Shown here in pieces: positions 24,354 through 36,157 of a DNA stretch of 64,000 bases (its first letter is position 1; the number at the start of each line of letters is the position of its first letter). The stretch is taken from positions 24,068,464-24,132,463 of the forward strand of contig NC_043011.1 of NCBI RefSeq assembly GCF_006345805.1, written 5' to 3'. Origin of the DNA: Octopus sinensis. Taxonomy: Eukaryota. Position numbers and translations under genes: made by a program. The notes beneath the pieces were generated by a model. The model saw only the letters and a program-made list of their open reading frames with translations, was not told the DNA's origin and did not search any database.

Positions 24354-24617
24354 CAGTGTTTCTCAAGCTGCTCCATGAAAATATTTTGGGGTTCTGCAAG
24401 GTTTTTTTTTCTTAAAAATTAAATTTAATAAAAAATTATTTTATATAAAAATGATATTCATCATTTCAAAGTAATGTTATATGTTTTTATATGAATAAAT
24501 TCTCTCTAAATTAGTTTTGTTTCATTTAATGTCTTATCAAAATTAAGGCAGTGTGATGTCTGTAAAATATGAGTTCTGTGATTTGTTTTGAAAATTGTAA
24601 AAAACTGCAAACCACTG
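24354..24617 (+). mobile_element. hAT-like non-autonomous MITE
   Basis: Termini CAGTGTTTCTCAA..CAAACCACTG; flanks TCCTAGAT/CTCTAAAA could be a decayed 8-bp TSD; a related copy lies at 60333-60614. Confidence 0.6.
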
Positions 24618-27600
24618 CTCTAAAAAAAAAAAAAGATAGAATCGGCATAGCTGTATCCAAGTTGTGCACAGCAATCAATACATGCCTCATCATTACACCA
24701 CTAATAAACGGCACTATGGTACTCTAAACACTGACTGAATACTGAATCTGTGAATCATGTGCCTAGTTGTTTGTTACCAATTACAGACCATAGGACTGCT
24801 TAATCAAAACCAATTTGAAAGTTAATAATAGTAAGAAATTTCCTCTTTCAGCGAGACACTATATGAAGCAAGTGAAAGAAGTATATAGATACTGTATAGC
24901 AAGACAACATATACAGAGGATGTAGATCTGTAGATACCAAAGAGAAATAGAATTAGCAGGTGTGTAGCAGATGTAATATTAGTATGCATGAGGGACTGAC
25001 CATAATTGGGCTTAAAACATCAGCTAAATTGTGAAGGAGCAATAATTGCACTGATGTGAATGTAAAGGAGTGGACAAAAAGTGTTGGGTGATAAAGTACC
25101 ATGAGCTTTCAATAGAGTATCCATAGAAAAAGAAAACTAAGATGTAGGAAGAGGTATTACAATTGATTGACTGAGTAATCCTTCACTATCCCACTAGTAC
25201 TTTTCATTCAGCAACTTCTCATTGTAGCACTTATACATCTCTTTCTTTCCACTACCACAGTGGCAGGTTACCATAGAAAATTCAAGTGAACCTGCATCAC
25301 TTCAGGCACACCTCTCAATGACATCTCAATTTATATAAATATGCTACTTTGCACTTTAGAATATTTTGTGTCAATCATCCTCACGGTGTAGAATATTTGC
25401 AAATCTCTTTTGTTTAAAGACATCTGTCAGATGCTTGATATTTCACTTGCTGCCCTTTTTTTTTCAAACTTTCCAAGCCTGTTGTTTAGCTGGTATAGTT
25501 TTACCATTACTATGCCAGGCTGTTGTCCCTTCCATTTACAGAACTTAGTGGCTTACAACAAATAGTCCCATGATAATGCTGGTATATATGAGTATGTATG
25601 ATGAAAGTGTTGTTCAATAAAAGGTAGAAGAAACCAAGACATTTGCTAAAATGATGTACAGTAGATCAGTGTAGCCAGTACCATCATTAATATATTGATG
25701 ATGATTGAAAAGGATATTCCAAACAAATATTTTTAAAAACTGTAACTGCAGTGTGTTTTTGAAATTTTAAAATTCCTGTTAATAATTAGATCAAAGTAAT
25801 TTTCTTAACTTTCAGAGTATAATTATAAATTTTATCAATTTGTTTAAAGATAGTCAAATTTTCTAGCTTTAAAGTATAATTGCCTCTGATCACCGAAATC
25901 TAGTTTAAACAGAACTATTTGAAAAAAAAGAAAAAAGAAAAAAGAAAAAGAAAAAAAAAGAAACTTTGTTGATAGAAAATACTCTTTGTGGACAATGGTG
26001 TTACATAGTTTTCTGTTTGTTCATTTTTGAGTGAAAAACATTTGTAGGCTTTTAAAAAACGATTCCAGATATTCAAGTGCTTCAACCACCTTTTAAAAGC
26101 CATAAATGCTTTTTAGAGTAATGAAGAAAAAAAAGAAAAAGAAAAAAAAAAGAACACAAAACCATGTGAGCAACATCGCACAGGAATATTTTCTATGAAA
26201 AAAGACTTTAGACATTTATCAGAGTTTAATATTTTAGATTACTTTATGAAAATAAGTCAGAAGATGAATGTTATGTGTATTATTTACTGATACCTCATGT
26301 TATAGTATACATGTAGTGCAGCTTATAATTGTTCAGTGTCATGCTTTTACATGAATGTCACACCAGGGTAGCTACAAATGATTTGCTTTCTTTAACTTTA
26401 AAAAAAAAATTTCCATTTATCTCTTGTAATGATTTATTTAGCAAACATGTATTTCAGATCCTCTCCTGCTTAAATATAATTTGGCTGTTGTGTACATTTT
26501 TGTTGTTTTACATTACTTTTCAATATTTATATCAAGCTGCAATTGATAGTAAGCTACTTATTAAAGAATTGTACTCTTCCAGATACAAAAGCAGTTTATT
26601 TAGGTTTTAGGCAACAAATATTCAAGAATTAAAGCATTTTTTTTTCACATTCCCAAGGGAAATTACATTTCTTCAACTAAGTTTATTGAAATTGATAAGT
26701 TTCTAAAAAATAAAATAAGTTTGTTGGAGAGAGTTTTAATATGTCTAGTGAATGAGATTCTTTAAAAGCTAGAACTACTCATGAAGAGCAGAAAATCTCC
26801 ATTTATTTTTTCCATTGAAATGCTTTTGTGCGTTTTGTTGTCACTAAATATGTTTTCAGAATTCTTTGGGGGGAATATGCAGAGGAAGTTCTATTGAAAT
26901 ACACTGATTCAGTTGAGAATGCAAAGAAATTGAGAAATAAATATGGTTGGCATGTAAGTGGTTAAAATTGAAAATTTAGGAGAAGAGATCATTGCTGAAA
27001 GAATGGTAAAAGAGAAATATATTCTTGATTGAGTGAGTGGAAAAAGGACAGATTAGACATATTTGAACCAACAGAGAAATCAGCAGAAATTTCCATTTCT
27101 CTATTCTCTTAACAGGGAATTTAGCCTATATTAACAAGACCATACACCAAGAGCTAAAGGATATTAATATATGACAGTGTCTCTGCGTGTTTCAATAGGG
27201 CCATTTTTAATGCTAAGTTTCACACAACTTGTTAACTTCAATTCAAATAGTGATTCAGTTGAGAAATTGTTATTAAAATTATTCAAGTATTCTGAGTAGT
27301 TTAAAATTTACATAATAGAAGAGTTATTGATCATCTTACCATATTTTGATATGATATTACAAGTGACTAAAATAGAAAAAAAAATTGGAGTTGTACATAT
27401 TTGGTGAGTGACATGGTCTGAGACTATGATTTTCATTTATTTCTCAAAGGTACCAAAATTTTCATTACACCACTACAATCTGACCACTGACAAAATGGAA
27501 CTGTATTGGTGACCCAGAGTGCAGTGGTGTGCTGAAAAGTGACATCTTGAGAAATAAAAAGTGTATGAGCAACCTTTATAAATGAATATATATTCTTTTA

Positions 27601-27638
27601 TCTCTTTATTAATCTAGCAGTCACATGGATGATTATGG

Positions 27639-27677
27639 TTCACTGAGGAGGTCTAATAAGACTGAAACTTGCCTGAA
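27639..27677 (+). ncRNA. Decayed minimal type I hammerhead ribozyme motif
   Basis: Reads TTCA-CTGAGGA-GGTC-TAATAA-GACT-GAAAC-TT-GCC-TGAA. Stem I (TTCA/TGAA) and stem II (GGTC/GACT) pair, but the cleavage triplet is GCC instead of GUH. Confidence 0.5.
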
Positions 27678-30394
27678 GTTGTCACTTCAGATCAGCCTAT
27701 TCTTTTTTTCACTAATTAATTACCTATTTGCAGTTTCAATTAATTGGTAGTCATGCAGGTCCTCTCAGTTAAAAAGATTCCTTTTTGGTTGGGTTGTTAC
27801 TTTTGCCCTTCTTTGAGATCATTCAACACTATTTACTTCTCTTTAATACATGTGTAGTCTTTACTGATGTTTTGATATCAAGTAAATACTTCATTATCAT
27901 CCTCATCAACCTTGGCCACATTCCTAGAAGTAGTGCATTTTAATTCTCCCCTAAGACTTCTAACTGTAGTTTTGTCTTCCTGGATGGGATCAACATTTAA
28001 CCCCCATTCCCCCACTTTTTTCTAATACCAGAGTTCAAATGCATTGCTAATATTATGTAATGTCTGCCTCAATAGATCAAAACTACTACTATTTTATGCA
28101 ATTCAGAATAAGATTCTTAATCACATTTGTCGATTTTTCTTACAATGTGTCAAAACACAAGATAATTTGAACATAGCCGAAATTCAAAGATTTAATATTT
28201 AGTCAACTTTATAACGGAATTGGTATACACAGCAGATAATTATTTTAAATGCTTTACTATATCTAGGTTGAAATGAATTGTTAACTGGAGCAAAATTTGC
28301 TTTTCAAGAATGATGAAATTATAGGAAATGAGTATACAGAAATACATTGAGGTGGAGATAAACTATACCTTCTTTCTGTCTTACAAAATAAACTTTGTAT
28401 TTACTGTGATGGAGGGACCAACTTTTTTGTTGCGCAACAATATCAACTGAAATAAACCTTCATAAATTTAACTACGAAAGCAGCATCAATAATTTATTAA
28501 GAACAAACTGCAATTTTTTTTTATTAAATTTTAATTTTTGGAGCACTTCTGTCCATTTTAGATATTTATATTAACTGCTGTTAACATAAAAAGGTTACAA
28601 ATGGATGCTCTACTTTATCTCAATTTTTAAATTATCAAGTGGGAATAGTAGCTATTTTCAGCTAAGTTGTTCAGGAAAATAATGTAAAGTGCTATATTTT
28701 AAATGCATCCCATAATGGTAGTATTCCCTAGACTATTTCTGTCTTTCCCCTCATATGAACAATTTGTTTTATCAGCTTCTTTTAAAGCAAGATTTGAAAC
28801 CTACATTTAATGTAATAGTTTATGGCTATTTCTAAAATTGCCAAATTTGTTTTCTTAATTTTAAAAGTAGAAAAAAGAAATAATACTATAATAAAAAGGC
28901 TTAAAATTTATAACTTTATTTCATGAACAGGTCATTTGACATCACTACACATAATCAATAACTTATTTTCTTGAAAAACATTCTTACATAATAACTTCAC
29001 TAAATAACTATGCTTCATTTCTTTTCTTGGCTTCCTTTAGTTTTATAGATAAATATACTGCTGGGCTTATTTATGAACAGGCAATAAAAATAAAGAAAAT
29101 CTGATAATTTTAAAAGCAACGAAAGAAGAAAAGCTGAAAAAATAAATGAAATCTATCAAATAGTTTTGACAGTGATTATTTGTAGTATGTCCCATTGTCT
29201 AGAAACAAAAGTAGCAAAGCTTCATTAATCAATCAAAACAACTCACTGATTGTGTGTATGTGTGTGTGTGAGTGAGAGAGAGTTTCTATTATGAAAAATA
29301 TAAGAAATATTAAGATTTAGTGAAATATAAGGTTTCCAAGAAATCTAAAGTGTTCATTGAATTATAAAAACAATGAATGAAGCCAGAATGTTTTCAAAGT
29401 AATTTTTCAAGCAAGTGAGATTAAATGGTCTATTACTGTATTTAGTTAATGCATGCAAGCATATACATTTGTGAATTTCAGAATTATTTCCTCTCACTTC
29501 GAATCCTTTCCTAAATTCTTGCTACTGATATATGGTTATGACATTCACCCTTTCCTATTGGTCTTAAATTATAAGCATCTTCTTTATTTACCAAAATAAA
29601 GTCAAGTAGGTCCAAAAACATTATTCTACTTTCTGGCATTTACCTTAAAATGATTCATAAAAATTCATATCATGTAAAAAACCACTCTGAATAACAGTTA
29701 AAAATTTTATGCCTAACGTATTTAACAAGTACATGTAAATGTAATTTTCGTTTACCACCTCAACATATGTTGGGGAAAAAGAAAAAATCAAACGGATAAC
29801 AAAAACCACAGTAAGAATAAATCTAAAAAGAAATTGAAATTCTTATTCTAAAATATTACTTTGAAGTTAAGCTCATCTTTTTACAGCGTAAAATTATTTA
29901 TTCTTATCACAAAAGAACAGACAGTAACAATACCAAACACTTTACAGTTTTTTTAGATCTAGGAAATGTAAGCAATTGTACATGTTTACTGTACATGTTT
30001 AATTTGCTGTAATATATCAACAGTCAGTGAAAGAAGTTTTTTAAAAATTCTTTCTTTTTGTTGAATTATCTTTGATTTAACTTTAAATTTGTACTTTTAT
30101 TTACCTTTATCTTACTTTGCCTATCTTTCACAAACCTGATCTAATTGCTTTTCCTATGACTTCCTCAGCCTATCTCTATATCTTATCTATCCCATGTACA
30201 TTTTTGCTCAACACATCATTCATTCATAATGTGCCCATACCAGAATCTTTGTCTTTTGTAGGCTTTCATGAAGCACCAACTATTATATATTTTCTAAATT
30301 TACATTTAACACCCAATGAATAACAATCAATCTATTATACAACTATCTCAGCTAACTTGTAATTCATTCATAAAATAATTTGAATGAATAAGAC

Positions 30395-30790
30395 ACCCCT
30401 ACATAGACACTTGACCTGTTAGAATTAGCACATCTCTCTCAAATCATACCCTGCCACTTAAAAAAAAAAAAGGGATAGAGTAATCTGAATGGTCACGACT
30501 GGAATGTCTTTGACCATAGATCTGCAAGGAGCTAAACAATAACAAATAATATCTTACACCATCAACAGAAGCAGTAACTTCTGTTAACAAAGTAAGAAAG
30601 GTTATTGTTGTTTAGAACCAAGGCAGCTTTCATCAAGCAGTCCTGTCATCAAAAGAATTCTAGCTTACACTTTTCAGGAGTAGCTAGTAGTGCATAATGT
30701 GTCCTTCCCCTTTTTAACATAAGATGTAATTTGAGAGAGGTTTAGCTACTGTTTTAACAAGTTCAGTGATCACATAGAGACTTCCTCACC
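30395..30790. repeat. Inverted pair of family C repeats (30395-30545 minus, 30600-30790 plus)
   Basis: The same motifs appear in opposite orientations about 55 bp apart. Confidence 0.6.
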
Positions 30791-30813
30791 AGCTCATTTC
30801 CTTATGCATTTAA

Positions 30814-31146
30814 CCCTTCTGTTTCCATATTTCCACTGAAATACATTGTCATTACTAAGTTCATCTGTCTTTACATTCTGAGTTCAAATTCCACCAAGGT
30901 CAATTTTGCCTTGCATCCTTTTGGGGTCAATAAAAAAAAGTACCAGTTAAATCATGGGGGTCAATGTAATTGACTTACCCTCTCCCCCAAATTTGCTGGC
31001 CTTGTGTTAAAACTTGAAACCATTAAGTTGGTGTTTGAAACAAAGGTTAATATGAAACTTTTATGAATGGTTTTAATTTGGATGACTTTAAAACAGGGAA
31101 TTTGGATCATAGAAGAGGGATCTCAGGTGGGTTGGTCTTAAAACGG
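30814..31146. mobile_element. TTAA-flanked (piggyBac-like) MITE interrupted by a family B SINE (~30855-31025)
   Basis: Ends read TTAA-CCCTTCTG..AAAACGG-TTAA; the internal segment matches family B. Confidence 0.55.
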
Positions 31147-32514
31147 TTAATCTGGAGAAGTTTTATTAATACTTATTTTAACATTGAATGAACCTCAGCA
31201 CTACATTTTTCTAGAATGAATACTAAAGCCTCTTCTAGAAGTTTCCAAGAATAATGTGTAAAATCCTTTATTGCTTTGAAACGGATGAAAGAAATGTAAT
31301 GTTACATTATTAAACAATAGCGCATCTTCAAAAGATTATCAAATTACAAAATAAATAAATAAGATTATCAAATTACAATATAATTAAATAAAAGCTTTGA
31401 AGCTAAAATGATGTCTTGAAGAGTACAAATATACTTTCCTTCACATGCAGGCAAAAATAATTTCTTCTATATATTTCTTTCCAGGCACGTTTAACTGAAT
31501 AACACAATTCTTGTGAAATATTGCCTTATTCTGGAGTTCTTTGGAAGTATTTTCTATTCAAGTGAACTAATCAAAATTAACATAGCCTTACACACACACA
31601 CACACTTCCAGATCAGCAATGCATGATATTAGATCAGTCTTCATTTCTCATTTCTTGAGCACTACCTATTTTATTTATTACGGACAATTTTATCTTTGCT
31701 TTATGCCAAATTCAGCCAGACCATTTCATGAGTGGGTGGGTGGGAAAACAAGCAATATGAAAGAAGTCAATATTGCTGTCCACATGGTATTGTGAGCTGT
31801 ATTAGAACAATAAATGATTCGCTAATTACAGACTATTATTGAAAAGTTGTACAGTTAGAGAGAGAGAGATGGTTGATCAAATCTATCTAATCCATGCCAA
31901 CAAAGAAAATTAGACATTAAATGAAATGATTATAGATATGATATTTGAATAAAGATAATGTATTATTTGAATTAATCATTTACATTTTGAGATAATAAAA
32001 AAAATTGGTCTCTGTATCACAGGTTGCATAAAAATCAATTATGACAATACATTGACTTAGTCGGCAAATGTAAATATTATGAACTAGAGTATATTTCCAA
32101 GAAGGACTAATTCAATGTTTTTCTTTTATTGAAAGACAAATAAAGATAAAGTATGTGCAAAGACAAGAAAACAAATTATACATGTTTATTTTTGAAGTAT
32201 GATAACTGTGTTCTGAGCAAACTAAAATAATAAGTGGTATTAATGCCTAGATTTTAAGTGAAAACATTAACAAAAAACAAAAACAAAAAAAAAACATTTG
32301 CCTTAGAGATAGGTTCTGAAACAATATGATATCAGAATATTTTCTTCATAAGTATTTCTTGTACACACTAACAACAATACAGCCTTTACATAAATAGATC
32401 CTCTAATTGCATAGCACCAATATGCAATTAGTGGGGGTATTTCTTTCCTATTTGTTCTCCAGTCTTCAAATCTATTATCTTCACTTCCAGATTAAATTAC
32501 TGATCCAGTTGTGT

Positions 32515-32942
32515 GTGTGTGGCATTTCGATTATGCACAAGGTGTGATGGTGCATGGTAGTGAGACGTGAATATAAAGGATGAGCAAAGGTTGAAAGGAA
32601 ATGAAGCAAGCATGCTCTGCTGGATGTGTAATGTTAGTATGCATGAATGATGTGATACAGATGGATTGAGAGAAACTATGAAAAAGAAGAATCAGCTGCA
32701 ATGAACAAGAAAAATGAAAACTTTGTTGGTACAGATATGTGAGGTTTATGGAGGATAAGAGATGGGGAAAGAAGAGCCAGGATATCCAAGTGGAAGGAAA
32801 CTGTGGAAGAGAAAGACCAAAGAAGACATGTTTAGTAATAGTAAAAGCTGGTCATAGCTTCACATAAGAGATGACAAAAGAATGCAACAGATGGCAAGAC
32901 TAGGTGGTGGAGCTCAACCCAATCAGTGCAAGCATGGAAAGG
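32515..32942 (+). mobile_element. Degenerate RTE LINE 3' fragment
   Basis: ATGGTGCATGGTAGTGAGACGTG (M-HGSET), GAAATGAAGCAAGCATGCTCTGCTGGATGTGT, GGAAACTGTGGAAGAGAAAGACC and a GCAAGCATGGAAA tail remnant. Confidence 0.75.
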
Positions 32943-33139
32943 CATGCATGCATGCATACATACATACATAATAGCTAAACTGTATGCAATCACTGAAGTT
33001 TCACATTTACATGCTTGTTCAAACTTTTGCATAAGCATATTTGAAACTTAAGTAGTGCCATAAAGCTCAGCATAATAAATACAATCATATTCTATATTAT
33101 GTAACACTTCACTTATGTGCTACAAATTGTTAACACTCA

Positions 33140-33465
33140 GTTTGTGTGGTTAAGAAGTTTGCTTTCTGACTATATGGTTTCTGGTTCAGTTCCACTGTAT
33201 CATACCTTGGGCAAACAATCCCAAGTTGACCAAATCATTGTGAATGGAATTGGTAAACAGTAACTAACGCCCAGTGTGTGCGTGATAATTATATGTGTGT
33301 TTAATCTCCTTGTCTTGCCATCCTGCATTATTTTTAAACATGCATCACTACCTTACTTGGAAACAAGTAAGTATTGATGACAAAAAGGATATCTGGCTAT
33401 AGAAAACCAACCTCAACAACTTCTGTCAGACTCATGCAAGTATGGAAAATTAGATGATAATATGA
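33140..33465 (+). mobile_element. SINE with family A tRNA head and RTE-like 3' tail
   Basis: Head GTGTGGTTAAGAAGTTTGCTT..GGTTCAGTTCCACTG; tail GGATATCTGGCTATAGAAA..CATGCAAGTATGGAAAA..GATGATA. Confidence 0.6.
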
Positions 33466-33954
33466 TACCTCCAAATCAAAGGGAAGTTTCAATGTAAAGA
33501 ATTTATACCATACGATATTCATAACAATACAAATTCATGTCACTTTGATTTATTTCTCTTTGCTGTTTTTATTTTTAATTATGTAAATTACCTTGGCCCC
33601 AAAATATATGCAACTCTACCTTCTGAATTGCAGAGTTAAGTAGACTGTTCTACATTGGTATGGTCAAACAAAACAAAACATGATCATAGTTGTCCTTTGC
33701 CAGTAAATAAATATCAAACTGTCCTTTCAACAAGCATGTAAGTTAAGTTAAGAAATTTATGCTTAATTTCTTGAAATTATCTCCCTTTATCTCCTTGACA
33801 GTCACCAACAATTGTCTGTAGAGTTTGTTTTCTGTCTCCAACTCAAAAGAAAAATTTCAATAAATTAAGTTATCTAAATTCATACCAATGGCTCCTTTGA
33901 GCTTTTTTCTTTAGTTCTTTCAATAATATATTGGAAATGCCATTATGAAAGTTT

Positions 33955-35915
33955 GCTAAACATGGAAAATGAATGGGAGAAGGAGAGTCTATAGACCCAA
34001 CTGAGGGACCAGCTATCTAAATCAACAATAGCTTGGTGGATAAAGCAATTAAGGATATGAAAACAGGAAAAGCCCCTGGCCCATCAGGAATCACTACTGA
34101 GATGCTAAAAATATCTGGTGGAGTAGGATAAGGCCTAGTCACCTATATAGTTAATCAGGTTGTCCATGAGGGAGTAATACCCAGTGATTGGTGTAGCAGC
34201 ATTATAGTCAACTGCTACAAAGGCAAAGGTTATGCCTTAGACAGAAATAATTATAGAGGCATCAAATTGCTGAACCAGGTGATGAAAGTCACAGAAAGAG
34301 TCATAACTCAATTAATTAAGAGAGTTAGTGTAGATGAGATGCAGTTCAGACTTGTGCCAGGCAGGAGCACGACTGATGCTATATTCCTGGTTAGGCAACT
34401 TCAGAAGTATTTAGCCAAAAATAAACCTCTGTACCTGGCTTTTGTTAACATGGAGAAAGCCATTGACAAGGTCCCCTATTTCCCTTATCTGGTGGTCAAT
34501 GCAGAAGCTAGGGGCAGATGAGTGGTTAGTGGAAGCAGTACAAGCCATACATATGTAGGTGTTCACCAAGGCCCAGTTCTCAGCCCCTCCTGTTTACCTT
34601 AGTCCTCAAGGCCTTAACAGAGGAATTCAAGACTGGCTGTTCCTGGGAGCTCCTCAACACTGATGACCTTGTTTTTATAATTGAATCACTACCTGACTTA
34701 TAGAAGAAATTTCAGGTGTGGAAACAAGATCTGAAATCTAAAGGCCTTAGAGTTAATTTTAGCAAAACCCAAAGTCCTAGTAAGTAGGGAAACAGACAAG
34801 CACTAGTCCCTTCTGGAAGATGGCCTTGCTTGATACGTAAGAAGAGTGTTAGTAGAAACTCCATATGTTGAACCCAGTGCAAGCTTTGGACACATAAGAG
34901 GTGTAGTGGTATCACAGGAAGGTTAATGGAGAATAGCCTTTGTATGTAGCAAATGTGCAGGTACAATAAGCACTAAAAATGTGCAGACAATAGGCTCCCT
35001 CAAATGCTGGGTGTGTGTGTTGGGGGGTGTCATTAGAAGTAGTATGTAGCTTCTGCTACCTAGGAGACCAAGTTAGAAGTGGTGGTGGAGGAAGTTCTGA
35101 AAGTGTAGTAGCTAGGATAGGAACATACTGGTTGAAGTTCAGAGTGAAAAGCAGATTGTATGATGCCTGTGTATGTACAGCTGTGTTACATGGCAGAGAA
35201 ACATAGGCTTTGCTACAGAGGACTTGTGAAAGCTTGAAAAAGATAAAGCTAGCATGCTTTGCTGGATGGGTTATATCAGTGTGCATGCACAACAGAGTGT
35301 AAATGATTTAAGAGGAAAATTGGGTATAAGAGGCATCAGATGTTGTGTGCAAGAGAGAAGACTGCACTGGTTTAGTCATATAATGCATATGGATGAAGAC
35401 AGCTGCATAAAGAAGTGCCAAGTTCTAATTGTGGAGGGTACCTGTGGAAGGGGTAGACCCAGGAAAATGTGGGAAGAAGTGGTGAGAAATGATCTTCAGA
35501 CGCTGGACCACACTGAGGAAATGACAAGGGACCAAGAGATGTGGCAATTTGCTGTACTTGATAAGACACATCAAATTAAGTAAAGTGGCTGTCTTCAACA
35601 CATACCGGCTTGACCTTTCAAGTACTGGTGCCACTTAAAAAGCAACTGTGCTGGTGCTGCGTTAAAACAACTGTGCCAGTGCTGTATAAATACACCTGTT
35701 CTGGTGCTGTGTAAATGCACCTGTGCCAGTGGCATGTAAAAAGCACCCAGTACAGTACATACTGTTAAGTGGTTGGCATTAGGAAGGGCATCCAGCCATA
35801 GAAACCATGCCTCAACAGACAGCTGGAGTCTGGACAGCTCCCTGCTAGACAACTCCATGTCAAACCATCCAACACATGCTAGCATGGAAAGCAGACATTA
35901 AATGATGATGATGAT
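33955..35915 (+). mobile_element. Decayed RTE LINE (most of RT, PHD remnant, 3' UTR with ~24-nt repeats, (GAT)n tail)
   Basis: Reads KAIKDMKTGKAPGPSGI, NYRGIKLL, PGRSTTDAIFLVRQLQ, VHQG, NTDD (decayed YADD), CKLWTHKRC, FCYLG and GRGRPRKMW, with many stops and indels. Confidence 0.93.
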
Positions 35916-35929
35916 ATATCTTTGGCATT

Positions 35930-36157
35930 ATGTCATGCTTGAGAAGAAGACCCATCAAGCCGAGCAAAATCACAGTCATGGCAGATACCAGTGTCATGCA
36001 AATGGCACCCATTACAATCTCAGAGTGGTTGGTGTTAGGAAGGGTATCCAGCCATAGAAAACCGTGCCAAATCAGACTGGAGTCTGGTGCAGCCTTCCAG
36101 CTTTGGTCAAACTGTTCAACCCATGCCAACACAGACAACCGACATTAAATGATGATA
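35930..36157 (+). mobile_element. Short RTE 3'-end fragment immediately behind the previous copy
   Basis: GCTTGAGAAGAAGACCC..CTCAGAGTGGTTGGTGTTAGGAAGGGTATCCAGCC..CCCATGCCAACAC..ATTAAATGATGAT. Confidence 0.85.

Noticed and set aside
28369-28446. Possible minus-strand exon (DIVAQQKSWSLHHSKYKVYFVRQKE); a similar candidate lies near 33591-33648
   Set aside because: The splice signals are weak and no homology was recognised; short open frames like these occur by chance.
31332-31390. 29-bp tandem duplication (another lies near 38490-38560)
   Set aside because: These are ordinary local slippage duplications with no further structure.
32403-32431. Perfect 11-bp hairpin CTAATTGCATA-N7-TATGCAATTAG (similar small ones at 6465-6495 and ~59710-59732)
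   Set aside because: Short inverted repeats are expected by chance in 64 kb of AT-rich DNA, and no associated element was found.
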